Assembly (NCBI GenBank): GCA_002256025.1
Contig: NKIB01002172.1
Coordinates: 62,001-126,000 of the forward strand
DNA length: 64,000 nucleotides
Direction: 5' to 3'
Origin: Asterionella formosa
Lineage: Eukaryota
Shown here piece by piece: positions 24,070 to 36,772 of this stretch; position 1 is the first letter of the stretch, and each line of letters opens with the position of its first letter. The notes beneath the pieces were generated by a model. The model ran no database searches. It was not told where the DNA came from and saw nothing but the letters and a program-made list of their open reading frames with translations. A program made the position numbers and the translations under genes.

Positions 24070-25195
24070 ATGGACACGCAGATGAGTGACGAAACCGAAC
24101 TACCTCCACCTACTAAGGATTTGGCTATTCCCGATGTGGAGGCCCCCGTTCCCAACTCATCAGAGGCCTTTTTAATTAACGATATTCCGAAAGTAACTTA
24201 CTCAAATACCATTGTATCGGTCGCTGTCGATTATCCCGAAGTATTCACTGAGAACAATAATGACAGAAGGACCAACACACCAGTCGATGATAGTACTGCT
24301 GCATCCGTCAAACATATTGCTGCTACGGTAAAGGATCCCACACACACACACACTTCTACAACGACGATGACGACATCAACGCCAAAAAGAAGCGACACAA
24401 GTGGGAGCGAATGCAGTCATGTACTGGTGCACAACTCAGTTTCTTCTCTTCGAAAGCAGCATTATGTACACGCTGGTTGACGTCAGGCCGTCGTGGCCAG
24501 GCCCTTTTTGTCGTCCTTGTGTGTGTGATTGTAGCTGCTTGTGTTGGTGTCCCATCCCAAATTTCGAGAAGACAATTGGGGATCAGAACATATATACGGC
24601 AGCCGCAGGAATTTCGACGTCAGCCGTGGTGTTGTATACAGGATATGGCAAGGTGGATTACAAGAATCATGCCTTGCATATCTTGGATCATACACAGTCA
24701 CCATTGTCATGTGGAATACTCAAATTGCGACAAGGATCCAGATCCTCTATGCGACTTTTCGCGACCATGATTGGACTCTGAGAGTTACAATATCTCAAGG
24801 GAGTGATTGAGGCTGAGTTCTACCCGGATATGTCATTTTTGATCACGGTAAACGTGAACGGTGCTGCTAGGAACTGCGTTCGATGTGGGATTCACATTCA
24901 TGAAGGGAACTGTGTTAATCCTGGTGACCATTACTTTGACAAAAACAAATTGCCCTTGGATCCATGGAAAGGAGCCTCATTTAGTGCAGATGGAAATGTT
25001 GTTGTGACCGAACATTCTTTTAGGATTTTGGATGGCTATAATTTTGATGAAAATCACGGGAAGGTTGTCAATTTGCACGATGAATCTGGGGCAATGATTG
25101 CCTGAGGTGAATTGACTCCGCAGCCAGCACATGTCACCCAAATCACCTCGAAACCAACAGCGACCACGGCTCAAGTAGTGCGTGTGGATACTTAG
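24070..25195 (+). pseudogene. Disrupted membrane-anchored protein with tandem Cu/Zn-SOD-like domains
   Basis: Frameshift at a (CA)n tract (~24339-24353), a TM segment (ALFVVLVCVIVAACVGV), a partial first domain (..TGYG..HALHILD..LSCGIL) and a second domain CGIHIHEG..PGDHYF..DPW..GKVVNLHD..MIA*GEL. In-frame TGAs at 24779 and 25103. Confidence 0.65.
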
Positions 25196-25332
25196 CTTAA
25201 TCCTTTAGATTTTCTGGAAAGGCAAAGGCTGACATGCAATTTGTACATTTATTATAAATATTATATGTGTGTTTCGTTTTTGCTATAAAGGCTACAAGCA
25301 CGCAGGCAATGTCCTCCACATTGTCAAAGAAA

Positions 25333-25938
25333 TTAATTTTCTTTCGTTCTCATTGTCCCATCGTGTCCAACGCGAACCATTCGCCGTACGACACACGATG
25401 GTTCCTCAAACACGGTCTTGAAGAATTTACCTATAAGTGGTACCTTCCATCGATACACCTCCACCAAATGTAACTTGTTGTTCTCACACATGAGATGAAG
25501 CATAACAACTGAGAGGTTGCCCCACAGGAATTCATATTCAAATCGTCGCAAGAGTCTGAGTGTGTTGCAGCTGCATTGCTTGTAAACATGGTTCCAACAA
25601 TCCTCTCGGAATATTAGGGAAGGATCTGATTTGGAAGCCAGTGGAGTTGTGATTATCTTCAGTTGATCTGCGTTGTATTCCTCGGCACATTGAAACTTGG
25701 TGGCTCCCAATAGGGTGGAGAGACCTGTGAAGCTAATGAGCACCAACAAATAATAGGTACCGACCGTCAAAAGTGGTCGTGAAAAGTCGTAGTTACTTGG
25801 TGTCGTGTAGTCATGTGGCATGAATAGAATGGACCCAGTGAAGGAATCCACACAGCACTGGGCCGTCGAGGGCTGACATAGCATGCCATGAAAGTTCCTG
25901 TAGTTTTCAGTAGTCACAAAGGCGACAGAGGGTTTCAT
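25333..25938 (-). CDS. Hypothetical membrane protein, probably partial or degenerate
   Basis: 201-aa ORF with a TM segment and a RRFEYEFLW motif; no domain recognised. Confidence 0.35.
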   Translation of the reverse strand: MKPSVAFVTTENYRNFHGMLCQPSTAQCCVDSFTGSILFMPHDYTTPSNYDFSRPLLTVGTYYLLVLISFTGLSTLLGATKFQCAEEYNADQLKIITTPLASKSDPSLIFREDCWNHVYKQCSCNTLRLLRRFEYEFLWGNLSVVMLHLMCENNKLHLVEVYRWKVPLIGKFFKTVFEEPSCVVRRMVRVGHDGTMRTKEN

Positions 25939-26053
25939 AGGAAAGCAATGCAGCGAGTTTGGAGTTACGTTAGGACCATGGCTCCATGGCGAACCTTCTA
26001 AACGTCGGTAACTCTTCGTTGACTGCTTCCGATAGTCTACTGATGGTGACCTT

Positions 26054-26141
26054 CAAGTTGCGGTAATTATGCTGAAACTAATTGTTTAGCTATCTTTATC
26101 CGATATTAATTTGTTTATTTAAGCAAAATGACCGCAACTTG
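26054..26141 (+). mobile_element. 88-bp MITE, copy C
   Basis: CAAGTTGCGGTAATT...AAATGACCGCAACTTG; flanks CTT|CTG. Confidence 0.88.
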
Positions 26142-27619
26142 CTGAATGTACACAGGCATGTGCGAACAACTCTTGAGTCTAGACCGGCACCGTAAGTGGA
26201 ATGAATTTAACGGTGGGTACGGTAGGTACCAGTATACGTATACTGTATATAAAAAATACAGATAAAATACATTAGAGTACCGGTACGATCTGAACTATAG
26301 AAATAAAAATCATTTTTATGATATTTAGCAGAGGAATATTGCAGCATACCTCTCATAAAGTCATTCAATGGTGAACATCATACATATGTCCAGCGCGTAT
26401 GATTGTGCCAGTACTTCAATATATGGATTTATGACACACAGCGTACTAGTACTGCTACCTGCAGTATGCTGACCGAGCAAGGAATGTAATGAATTTATAG
26501 AGCACACATTCTATGTATGTACCAGTATATCTGTCGAGAAATTTGATGGGACGTCAGCAAATGTTGGCACCAAGAAATTGAAAGATCGCAGATGACAAGC
26601 AGAAAACGAGGACACGAAAAAAGTACATATGGATGCACGCATCACCATAAATAGAGTGCCTGTGCATACTGCAGTCTATTAGACAAAAACCTCCTAGTTG
26701 TCAGTGAACAGGTATCTTACTAGGGGGAGATGTTACAGTAAACCCTGCTTCATTTCAAACTTAACCTCCAGAATGCACACCAGAATGAAACATGAAAGGA
26801 ACAATTCCACAATGCAGTTCCTCCCATTTCTTTCAACAAATCAACTATGTAAATTCGATTTTCGAATCTTTCATTGCTGACCAACCACAGAAATTTAGAG
26901 AATTTCGTTTGTGGTAGGAGGAGCTGTTGCAGCTGCTCCGTCTGTTTCAAGAAAATGAATCATGAAGATGGTCGAATGTTGCATACTTCAGTGCACTCCA
27001 AGATAACTACAATGATACTTGTAACTGAAATGGTCAACCGGCTTGAGGAACTTGTCTTGTTCTTGTGATTGCAAGATCCCTCTTTTTCCACACCTTCAGT
27101 CGAAATGTAATCTAGTTTGATCCTCGTCGCAGTAGACATCAGCAATGGCTTCAAAGGATAAGTGCAAAACAAGTTTGCTCCTTGTTGCGCTTTCTTGGTT
27201 GCGAAGACGGGTCGAACTAATCAAACTAATCGGAGAATTCAATGGGCGGAACAAGCAGCTCTGCTTGTCCTGGTAATACCCACGAGTACCAGGTAGCAGG
27301 CACCTCACTATTAGCTATGTATCAGGTGAATTGTTGATCACTTGCTTTTGTATAGAGTTCTTAGTACCAGTACATACCTATGTACCTATACTGTACGGTT
27401 CGTTAGTACATACCGGTAGGTAAGGTTCGCTCACAATCACCTCTCATCAACTGCTATTACCTGAACACCGGTATTTATCCCAGAATACTAATCAAAATCT
27501 TTTGACAACCACCTTCAAACCACCCACACCCACACCCCGACCCTTGCGTTGAACCTTCCTCTCAGCAGTACGCACGTAATAATCATCGACACAATCGGAG
27601 TTCGGCCTCATTTGTGACA

Positions 27620-28831
27620 ATGATGGCATCAATGACAGTCGTTGTTCTACTTGTAGTTGTGACGAAGATTTTGCCTGGCAGAGCCTTTGGTCCACAAATT
27701 GAACTGCATTTTGGGGGAAGGTCGACCTCGTTGTTGCGCACTTTATTTGCATCGAATGATAATGAGCTAGGCACCGAAGGCGTGAACTTATTTTCCTGCT
27801 CGATCATTTCTAACGAATTGCAATTCTGCGAGCGGAAATCAAGATCTAAAGTACTGGAGTACCATTTTCACTATCTGGCGAACGTCCTGGATATCCCCGG
27901 CAATAGTATTACGCCAACTAAACACCGAGTAATAGTTTTGATCCATCCGATTGGCGTTGGAATTGGAAGGTGGTACTATGACAGATTGCTCGCAGAATTG
28001 GAGAAGCGCCAAGGATCTTTCACCCAGCCTTCTACGTTCATTGCTCCAGATTTGCTGGTGTGTGGAACTGCCAGTGACCCAGAGGTTGCTGGAAAGTTTC
28101 GCAGAAAGCTTCCGCTTTTTAGTACGAAGGATTGGTCAAGCCAAGTTATACAACTCATTAAACAATACGAAGCATCTAACGTGGGCGTTGACTTCGACTG
28201 GGTTTTGCTGTCGAATGGCGGGTGTGTGCCGATTGCATTGGATGCTGCAGCTCAAGTATCCGGCAAAGTCTCCCAAATCATTCTCTCGGCTCCTCCTAGG
28301 ATTTCTGGGCTTCTGAGAGACTCTCCTGCCATAAAAAAGGTGCACAAGGCCTATCGTCGTCTATCTGGGGTCATTGGAAGAATCTTTTGGTGGTATGCCT
28401 TACGGAAGAATGGAAGGTTCATACAGAAGTTCTCAGAAAAGAATCTAGCAGCCGATCCTGCTAGCTTGGGCGATGCATGGACCCCAACGTGCGTTGAAAC
28501 ATGTCACCGCTGGGAAAATAGTCGATTTTCTACGTTTGCCTTTCTTGCAGGTGCACTGCAGTTGGACTGTCGAAGTAGTTTGGAGTCTCTAAAATCCAAG
28601 CCTATTGATGTAATCACTGGAGGGGATGGAAGACGCAACCCAGCCAAAAGTTGGTTTTGGGACAAGATACGCGCAGCGCCATCCACACAAACAGTTTCTG
28701 AGTTTCTTCAAGGGAATGGTAATGGAGGACGAGAGCGCACTGTTGGCGGACGCAGATGTCCAGCCCATGAGGATGCAGCGGGTTTCGCAGATGCTTTGAT
28801 TGAATTGATTGAAAGTTGTGATGTTAGTTGA
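27620..28831 (+). CDS. Alpha/beta-hydrolase-fold protein, likely plastid-targeted
   Basis: Signal peptide ending GRA|FGP. VLIHPIGVG, APDLLVCG.S, elbow-like LSNGG and C-terminal RCPAHED. Confidence 0.75.
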   Translation: MMASMTVVVLLVVVTKILPGRAFGPQIELHFGGRSTSLLRTLFASNDNELGTEGVNLFSCSIISNELQFCERKSRSKVLEYHFHYLANVLDIPGNSITPTKHRVIVLIHPIGVGIGRWYYDRLLAELEKRQGSFTQPSTFIAPDLLVCGTASDPEVAGKFRRKLPLFSTKDWSSQVIQLIKQYEASNVGVDFDWVLLSNGGCVPIALDAAAQVSGKVSQIILSAPPRISGLLRDSPAIKKVHKAYRRLSGVIGRIFWWYALRKNGRFIQKFSEKNLAADPASLGDAWTPTCVETCHRWENSRFSTFAFLAGALQLDCRSSLESLKSKPIDVITGGDGRRNPAKSWFWDKIRAAPSTQTVSEFLQGNGNGGRERTVGGRRCPAHEDAAGFADALIELIESCDVS

Positions 28832-29394
28832 CCTGGTAAATCACGACCTACATAGCATGAGCAAAGAAGCTAATACGTGGAACAGTTCTTGCTAATGAAA
28901 AATATTATGCGATGCTTTTCTTCGCTCTTGCTTCCATATTCTTCATCATGAAATAGCGCCTGTTTTTACATTTCTGTTGTCCGTTTGTAACTGTTTTGCC
29001 GTCGTTCTAAGATGAGTGGAGAGCAAGTCATCGTACATTATGTCGTCATATGCAGTGATTGTGGTAAATGATCGAAAGATGGAGAGCAATTCAACATTTT
29101 CCACCGCTCGGGGAAAGCGTGAACTTCAACTCCTCCTTGAGTACCCACTTGGTCATCGTTAAACCCTTCGCATGAGAGAACTTGGAAGGATAGCGATGGT
29201 GGCCGAGTTGGACTCGACAACGACGGCATTTGAATGGCATTGGAAGAATTCGCTCTTAGTGAGTCCACAGCAGTAGGTGCCATGCAGTAAGGGATGGTCC
29301 CACTTGTTATTAGGTTTTTATGTTCACTTGAATTGATGAATGCCTATGGTGGGCATTCATACTCTCTATTGGAAAAAGTGGTGTATGGTCTTGT

Positions 29395-30430
29395 TTATTG
29401 TAAAAAATAGCAAAGCTACGCTAGGGAAACTGGGTCTTATGATCTTGCTATGATTACTTTATACATGATATAAATTTTAGAGTACTTTAAATCTAAACAT
29501 CTAATCACACTTGGGCCCTAGAGACTCAAAAGAAGAGTGAGATATTATGGTGGCCGGGATCGCGGGTTTGTGGGCGTTGTCTGCAAGGTGCAGCCAAGCT
29601 CTGTTTCCCAGGGTTATCACTCCTTCGTTATGCCATGCCTGGACCACTATAGTAGCCATCTTAATCCAGAGAAATGACTGTTTTTGATAGTATGATACTT
29701 GATGCGGACATGTGCTGGCAATAGAAATAACGTCGAGTCTCTTAGGTTGAACATGTCCTTCCACCTCCCTGTGCAAGAGGGTAGCCTGTGCTTTTATCTG
29801 TGTCGCCATAAATGCACATGTTCGGCGCTTTCCAACACTCTAGGCCAAACCTCGACATTTGCAACACCAGATTCGAGCCAATATCTGATCTGTGGCCAGC
29901 TTGTCATGAAGTCTTTGTTCACAACAATAAAGTGAGTTTGCAATGGTCCAATACTCGCTAATCCGTCCCCTGAACACCTGATTCCATCCAATGTCTTGCT
30001 GATTCAAAAACGTTTCAAATGTGGCCTGCCCAATCGCATCATTCCACTCTGAGACGACGAGGGAACCCTCCCATTTAACTAGTCATTCGGAAAGCCTTTG
30101 TTGCATACCCGATGCAAAAATTGTGATAACAAAAGAACAAGTGTCGCTATCATTTTGCAGCGATGTCAAGATGTCATTCCACATCTTCGTTCTCTTCTCT
30201 CCTGTGGTCCAACAACGTAGAATGTGATGCATCCCCTCATTAAATTTTCCACATCACGGGCAGCGGCTGTCAATATCTTTCTCGTTTTTCTTCCGTCGCT
30301 TCATAGTAGCTAAGAGATCAAACTCTAATTTGAAGATGGATGTCCTTTGTTGCCCCTTAATTTGTTTTTCTGCTCGCTCTCGTGCTTCCCAGTCAACCAT
30401 GTCAAATATTGATACCTTTATACATGATAT
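29395..30430 (-). mobile_element. 5'-truncated degenerate LINE-type retrotransposon (ORF2 C-terminus)
   Basis: Minus strand reads IFDMVDWEARERA...SRCP*CGKFNEGMHHILRC (CCHC knuckle) and WPQIRYWL, with stops and frameshifts. Confidence 0.7.
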
Positions 30431-31200
30431 AGTTTTGAGTCACGACTACCCGGTATTAGGATTCACTAGTGATTAAAGTCCGGTGTTCATTGAATAAAAG
30501 TATATCATAGTTTTATCGACTTTCTCATGTGTTCTCCTTTGTTTTGAGCATGCGACAAATGTTCCGCGCCTAGAAACAGTTTCGAATTCAACGACATCAA
30601 GCAAACAATCAAAGACCTCCAACCCACAACAAGCCTTACATGCAGTGCTGCATCAGTCTACGTGATAGAAAGACTGGATTTCTCAACGAGGTTTAATCAA
30701 TCTGTGTGCCATTTCAACTATAAATGAATTTTTGTATCAGACTTCAGTTTTTCGTCGTCCACAGTTTCACTGTTTCGCCGTCGTTCCATGAGTGAAGAAC
30801 CAGTCATCGCATGCTTCGTCGACACTTGCAGTGGTTTCAGTAAGTGTTCTCAACATGTTGAGTAATTCACTTGGTTCTATGGCACTTGAGGAAGCTTGAG
30901 CACCAACTTGAATTGCCAATGGTTCACAGCGAAACGTGTCGCACATTAGATCTTGCAAGGACAGAGTTGGAGGCAACGTTGGACATGACAGTGATGGTAG
31001 TCTACGAGCATCCGTTGAGCGAGCTGTTGTTGCGTCCAGTGGGCATGCAGTGCAAGAAAGTAGGGAACTGCCGGTCATGGTAAGGGGGCTTGATTTGACC
31101 AAATTGTTATCTAAAGCAAGCGCTATAATGCAATTTTCTTTCGTAGGCTAAATCTGTGAAATGATGAAAAATCGATAGGAACAAGTCACATGTACGGTAC

Positions 31201-31579
31201 TGTTGAAAGGTCTCGTACTCCTTCCCGTCTGACGGGTTCCTCTTACGTAGAACTTACCTGCTATACCACTAGTATTGTTATCTTCTTTCTGCTGCTAGCC
31301 TTCGTGCTAGTTTTCGCTATTGACCTTACTCTGTCAATTCTCACTGTTTCTTAATTATAAGATTAAACTAAAACTAAGTTTCAATCCCATTCATCACCCT
31401 TCGAGAACCTGTTCTTCGTGTTCCCTTTTCGTTGATGTAAACCTTCTTCTGATTGATCTAAGACATCAATCTCGTTAGCAAGCTTCTTGACGTGGGAACG
31501 CACCATTTGACTCATTGGACTATAGTCGAGTCCACAGTCCTTGTGACTCATTATAGCCATTGATGCTATATTCTTGACA
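31201..31579 (+). mobile_element. Solo LTR-like element (379 bp) with 6-bp TSD CGGTAC
   Basis: TGTTGAAAGG...ATTCTTGACA. CGGTAC at 31195-31200 and 31580-31585. Diverged homologue of 4191-4596. Confidence 0.82.
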
Positions 31580-31719
31580 CGGTACCAGGTACCCCGAGAA
31601 GTGACCAATATTGCATGTGGTCTGGTACCAGGCAGTAAGTAGTCTTGTTTAAATTGCAATTTCTCCGCCTTGGAACATACGACAAACTGCTTCGCCTTCG
31701 GACAAGAATTCGACTACCA

Positions 31720-31790
31720 CAAGTTGCGGTCATTTAAATATTGGATAAAAATAGCTAAATATTTAGTTTCAGCACAATTATCGCAACTTG
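31720..31790 (-). mobile_element. MITE copy D (internally deleted, 71 bp)
   Basis: CAAGTTGCGGTCATTT...TTATCGCAACTTG. Confidence 0.8.
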
Positions 31791-32016
31791 CCTGTATCTG
31801 GCGACAAAGACATGAATATTGAACTGCAGAACTGTTGCACTGCAAATTAGAACCCGAACATCACGCTGCTACCGGTAATTAAAGACCTTGCAACAACGTG
31901 TGACGTCCATTGATGAGCATACCGTAATAAATATATCTATATCTATGCTCACAATAATGGTACCTGGTACGTGGTACCAGGGGTGCATGCATTACGTAAC
32001 ATGAATATGAAGATTG

Positions 32017-32094
32017 GGTAATTGTGCCGAAACTAAAACGTTAGCTGTCTTTATCAGATATTAAATTGTTTATAAGCAAAATGACCGCAGCTTG
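32017..32094 (+). mobile_element. MITE copy E (left TIR eroded)
   Basis: GGTAATTGTGCCGAAACTAAAA...AAATGACCGCAGCTTG matches the family consensus. Confidence 0.75.
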
Positions 32095-33579
32095 CGGTAT
32101 GAATATTACAAGTAAGTCGATACATGTATATTTCTATCTTTGAATTTCTTATACCCTATGTATCGCTTGGGAATTTTCATCGACAAGAGACGACCAGTAC
32201 CGGACGTTCTAAAAGATTAGTCGAGTCGTGCCGCCAGGGAATTGGTGCACAGGAGGCATAGAAGGATGATGATTCAAATAGTGCTTGTCTTGCTTCTGTT
32301 GTACTGCTGCCTCCGCTTTCCATTTGTATTTCAATGGATGATGATGTTCCATCATCAATAGCAATGCTTTTTTTGCTTCTAAAATTTGCTCACATAATCA
32401 CAGAGTTCACAAAGTATTGGATAGGATTCAGATGTCAGGGCAATCCTGCATTTTCCAATATGAATTTGGATTTACGAAAAAAATGGGATACATAAATATT
32501 TTCACCCTTATACTATGAAAAATGCGTATGAGTGAAGAAAAAACACTCATTACCTACCGGTATGCAAACAAGCAAAATTTTCTCAAAATTGACAAATCGT
32601 GGTAATGATCTATGTCACCATGATGTTGTAGAAAGTCATCAAATTCTCCTCTGACCACAGCCTTGATGCTACTCATCATTGCAAAAGTTAAAAGCAAATC
32701 ATCATTGTTATACTATCATGCCCCTTTGGGGCAACGAAAATTTTAGAAGCATGTTTGAGAATGATAAAGTCGCCAACCCAATTTCTAGAAATTTTCAAAT
32801 TTCCATGAATGATCAAATCATCAACTGCTTCTTGACGTCAACAGCAGTAAATTCATTAGGTAGCATATGTGGTGAGAGAGATTAAAAGACACAATAGCTA
32901 GATAAAGGTTCACCTTGGTGACGTTTGTGCAGGATTGGAAATTTCAGCCCTGAAAAACAGAGGGGTGAATGACTACTATAGAAGTCGACTATCATTGTTC
33001 AATCAAGAATACTGTTTTTTCTAAACATACAAATTCTACATGAGATGGCATCCCAAGAATATGACATTGGGGAGCAAATTCCATCCATCACGACCAGCAA
33101 GTTGTGGTTAATATCCGGACAGGGATATATGTGTAAAAATTAAGCAACTGCTAGTAGTATCATGGAAAATTTAATTCGAAAATGCTGGCATGCTCGAAAC
33201 CGACCTATTTTAGATCCGCATGTTCGTTAACGACTTGATTTTATATTTTCGCGCTGATTAGGTTCCATTTTGTTTCGATAATCCATAAATGTATAATAAA
33301 AATAACTAAAATGCATTCTACCCGGTACTAGTGCTTTTATTTTATGTGTTGAGGCTAATTGTGTATCTGACAGGCAATCCCCACCCTAGCTATGGTCTTG
33401 CTTTTCGATGAGAACTGTGGGTGTCTAAGTAATTTTTTATTTAGGGGAAATATGGGGCACAGAGGATTTTTCGGCAGCCAATTTCAGGTTTGAGCAGCAG
33501 AGACCATTGAGCAATGTCATGAGTAGAGTTTTCATGGGGAAACCATTGGATACATCAAAAATGCATGGACCACCGAATA

Positions 33580-33914
33580 TGTCAAGAATATTAGCCCAAG
33601 TCACAAGGATTGTGGACTCGATTGTAATCAAACGAGTCAAATATTGCATTGCCACGTCAATCAGCTGTCTAACAAGATCAAAGATTGAAGATTTCTATAG
33701 AAATGTTAAGTGGAAACTCGAAGAGAGGTCGTCTTAGAACAACTTTGCGGGAAGCAAAGATGCATGGAAAGGAAACATTTAGTTTAGCTTACAATTTAAT
33801 TTGAGTTTAGATTATCAACCGAAGAAACAGTGTGTTAATTGACAGGAAGGTCAATTAGTCCATCTAGCAGGAAGGCTAGAAGCAGAGCGAGATGAGATAG
33901 AAAGTAAGTGGTAC
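33580..33914 (-). mobile_element. Truncated copy of the solo-LTR-like family
   Basis: Near-identical to 4191-~4518 (TGTCAAGAATATTAGCCCAAGTCACAAGGATTGTGGA...); lacks the TGTTG end. Confidence 0.85.
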
Positions 33915-36772
33915 AAATATACCGGTACCAGTATGTGCATGAAAAATAGTCACACAAGAATGATTGTAACAAGCATTGAAAATTCGACACGATGTTGTTA
34001 AGCAACCAAAGTATGAAACGGAAATCGAAAGGTAAGACGTGAAAACGAAAATCAGGGAGTAGAATAAAAAGTGAAAACGAAAATGGGTCAGCGGAAAAAT
34101 CGTGTGAAAATTTGTCAACGCATTTTCATTAACAATTGTCAACTCACACTTTCTTGTCGTTGCAACGAAATTTCAGATATAATCAGATCGGGCCTGGAGG
34201 AACAGAAACCGATGCCTGAATGGATTTAGAGGCAGTGCTGGTTTCTGTATTGATTCGGACTTGTGCTTGCGGAGGTGTTGGAGGAGCAACAGCTTGATAG
34301 TGGAGGTTTGGTGATGGCGGTGCAGCCTTCTGGTAGTATCTGGCAGGAGGAGGAGCACCAGGATGCGTCGAAAATTAACTGGCTGATGTGGACATTTGTG
34401 AATTAGAAAATTGAGGAGGACAGGTTTGAGTAGGTTGATAGGGAGCAATGCAGTGATATGTTGTTGGTGCTGGCGAGATATGTTGCCCACATTGTTTGCG
34501 ACCTGGAGACTTTGCAATCTTCTTACAAGTTTCGATAAAAGTGGCTTGCTAATGTTGGGGAACAAGAAAATAATAATGGTAGTGTGTGTTCATTATACCT
34601 CGTGAAAACAACAATCAACTGGCAACATATTGCAAATCATTGGACAAGCTGGTTTGACCAGTGAATACTGATTTGTTGCCTCGTCAGGAAGTGGAGGAGT
34701 AACATGACAATAGCCTTCATCAACATTCTGAAGAGGAAGAGAAATGTTTCATAATTTGTATAGTACTCGACCATGGCGGGAACTCAAATATGACAACAAC
34801 AATCAACAAGCACATACCTGTCCTCTCTTCCTTGTTGAATACGAGTTAATGCAGAACACCGGTTCCATCATGTTCCGGCGGCTTTGCGGAGTTTGCGATA
34901 GCTCATTGAGATTGACGACTTTTCGTTGTCATTGTAGATGATTATGCAGAAGTAACAAAAGTAATATTGTGATTAGAAAGCCATGAAACAATACTATTGT
35001 AGAGCCACGGAAAGAAGCCAACACATGAGCACTAAAACTTGCTGCCGAGATCTGATTTGAGATAGTGTAGGACATGTAAAAAACATTCTACAAAATTATA
35101 GTTAGAATTTAATTGCTGATCATATCTAACGAAAATACCGGTTCAATGACGAGATGGAAGCCTAACTTTGACCTACCATAACGTTTCGAGTTTTGATACC
35201 CAACGACTGATTGAGGTCGCTTCTGAACAATCATTAATTTATTTATCAATACATATCAAATCTAGAGAAGTGTTTGGCCGGAGAGGCAAATGGTAATAAA
35301 CAGAAAGGGGAACCAATGTTTTGGCGCCACTGTGATGAAGCAAGCACGATGCAACGATATGAATCACATGAGAAGTCGAATTATCCAACAACCAGCCAGA
35401 TCCGTTTGATGACAAGTCATTACTTGAGACATCAATGACCAGATTTTGTATACATCGGAGCATGTTGGAAGATAGCAGGGATGTAAATAGTGGAATCGCC
35501 ATTGACACTTTACAGAAAACCATCATTTTGTGCCTTCATGTAGCTCCTCCTTCTCTTGTCCAATTTCGGCAGTCGATTTTCCTGAAGTAAACAGCAGTCA
35601 ATTGAGGGGCTATAGATAGCAGTAATCAAATTCCCTTAAATAAACGGCAGTCGATTTCGGCAATAAAATCTGGGGGCTATTGAAAATATTGAAAGTAGTT
35701 TGGCAGTCAAATAACGGAGCATATGAAATACACAAAATGTCTTTTAAATGATGGGCAATTGCAGGATTGAGTAATCCAAAAACTGTTCATAGCTAGATGT
35801 ATGAAATATACAATATATGTTTCATATGAAGGGCAATTGGCTAGTTCGCATCCAACATACAAACTATCTAAAATAGTTTTTCAATGTTAACTGTAAGGGC
35901 AATGTAGTGGCGAAAAGCGCGCCGATAGCTAGTTTGTGAATTGCTTAGGTAAGACCCTCCTACTCGGGAGGAGTCCGCCGGCACTGCAAGAAGATCAACC
36001 TACTTGCGCCTTCCAAGCCTCGAACACAAGAATACTTGCAGGCAGTCTCCACCCTCGGTCGTGTCTTACCTTCAATAGCTACCGATATCTGAAGACTATT
36101 AGTATGTTACTTACAAAATCTTCAGACATGAGCTCCCAAGCGTTGGTACTCAACTTATGTATGAGGAAATTTTCGTAGGTAGTTTGTCCACTCCTGTGAT
36201 CTCATTGTTAGCGCTTCGTCATATGAACTGTATACACATGTTAGATAAAAGATTTAATGATGATGACAGAATGAAACAAGCAATTTTTAATTGCAATCAA
36301 TGCATCATCTCTTCCAACAATACTAATGGATGTCATCATTCCTTGCAATCCAAGGTGAATCCCTCAAGATGCTTGGCAAGGCGAGAAAGATATATGCGTA
36401 GTCTAGATGTCATGGTAGACTAAGAATATAGTATAGTAAATTGATTCGATCCCAGACACTTTATAATGAAGAGCTTGACACCAATGAAAGGTTGTAGGAG
36501 CTGGCTGAAAACATGTTTTAAACATTGGGTTGGTAGTAAGTGTAAATATATATACAAATTAAAATTATTTAGTGACTTTTAGTTTCAGCAAGAGTTCCAC
36601 AGCTTGATGTTGTCTCACCCTGTTGAAACCACATCAGAACAATCTCCCTTTGTTTTTTTTGTTTATTAGTGGTCCTGCTACATCAAAGTCCTAGTAACAA
36701 TATCTCCTATCCTGTGTCGTCACCTTGGTAGGTAGTACAATATGACATCAAAAAGGATGGACCTATGACCAG

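Noticed and set aside
25103..25105. TGA at the conserved Cys of the SOD-like IACG motif read as selenocysteine
   Set aside because: The gene also has frameshifts, a deletion and another in-frame TGA, and no SECIS-like hairpin is visible downstream. A TGY-to-TGA nonsense mutation is simpler.
34173..34565. Possible Ulp1-like or other TE-associated protein (similar case at 50451-51189)
   Set aside because: Only compositional bias and a weak CPHQP resemblance; no catalytic motif can be supported.
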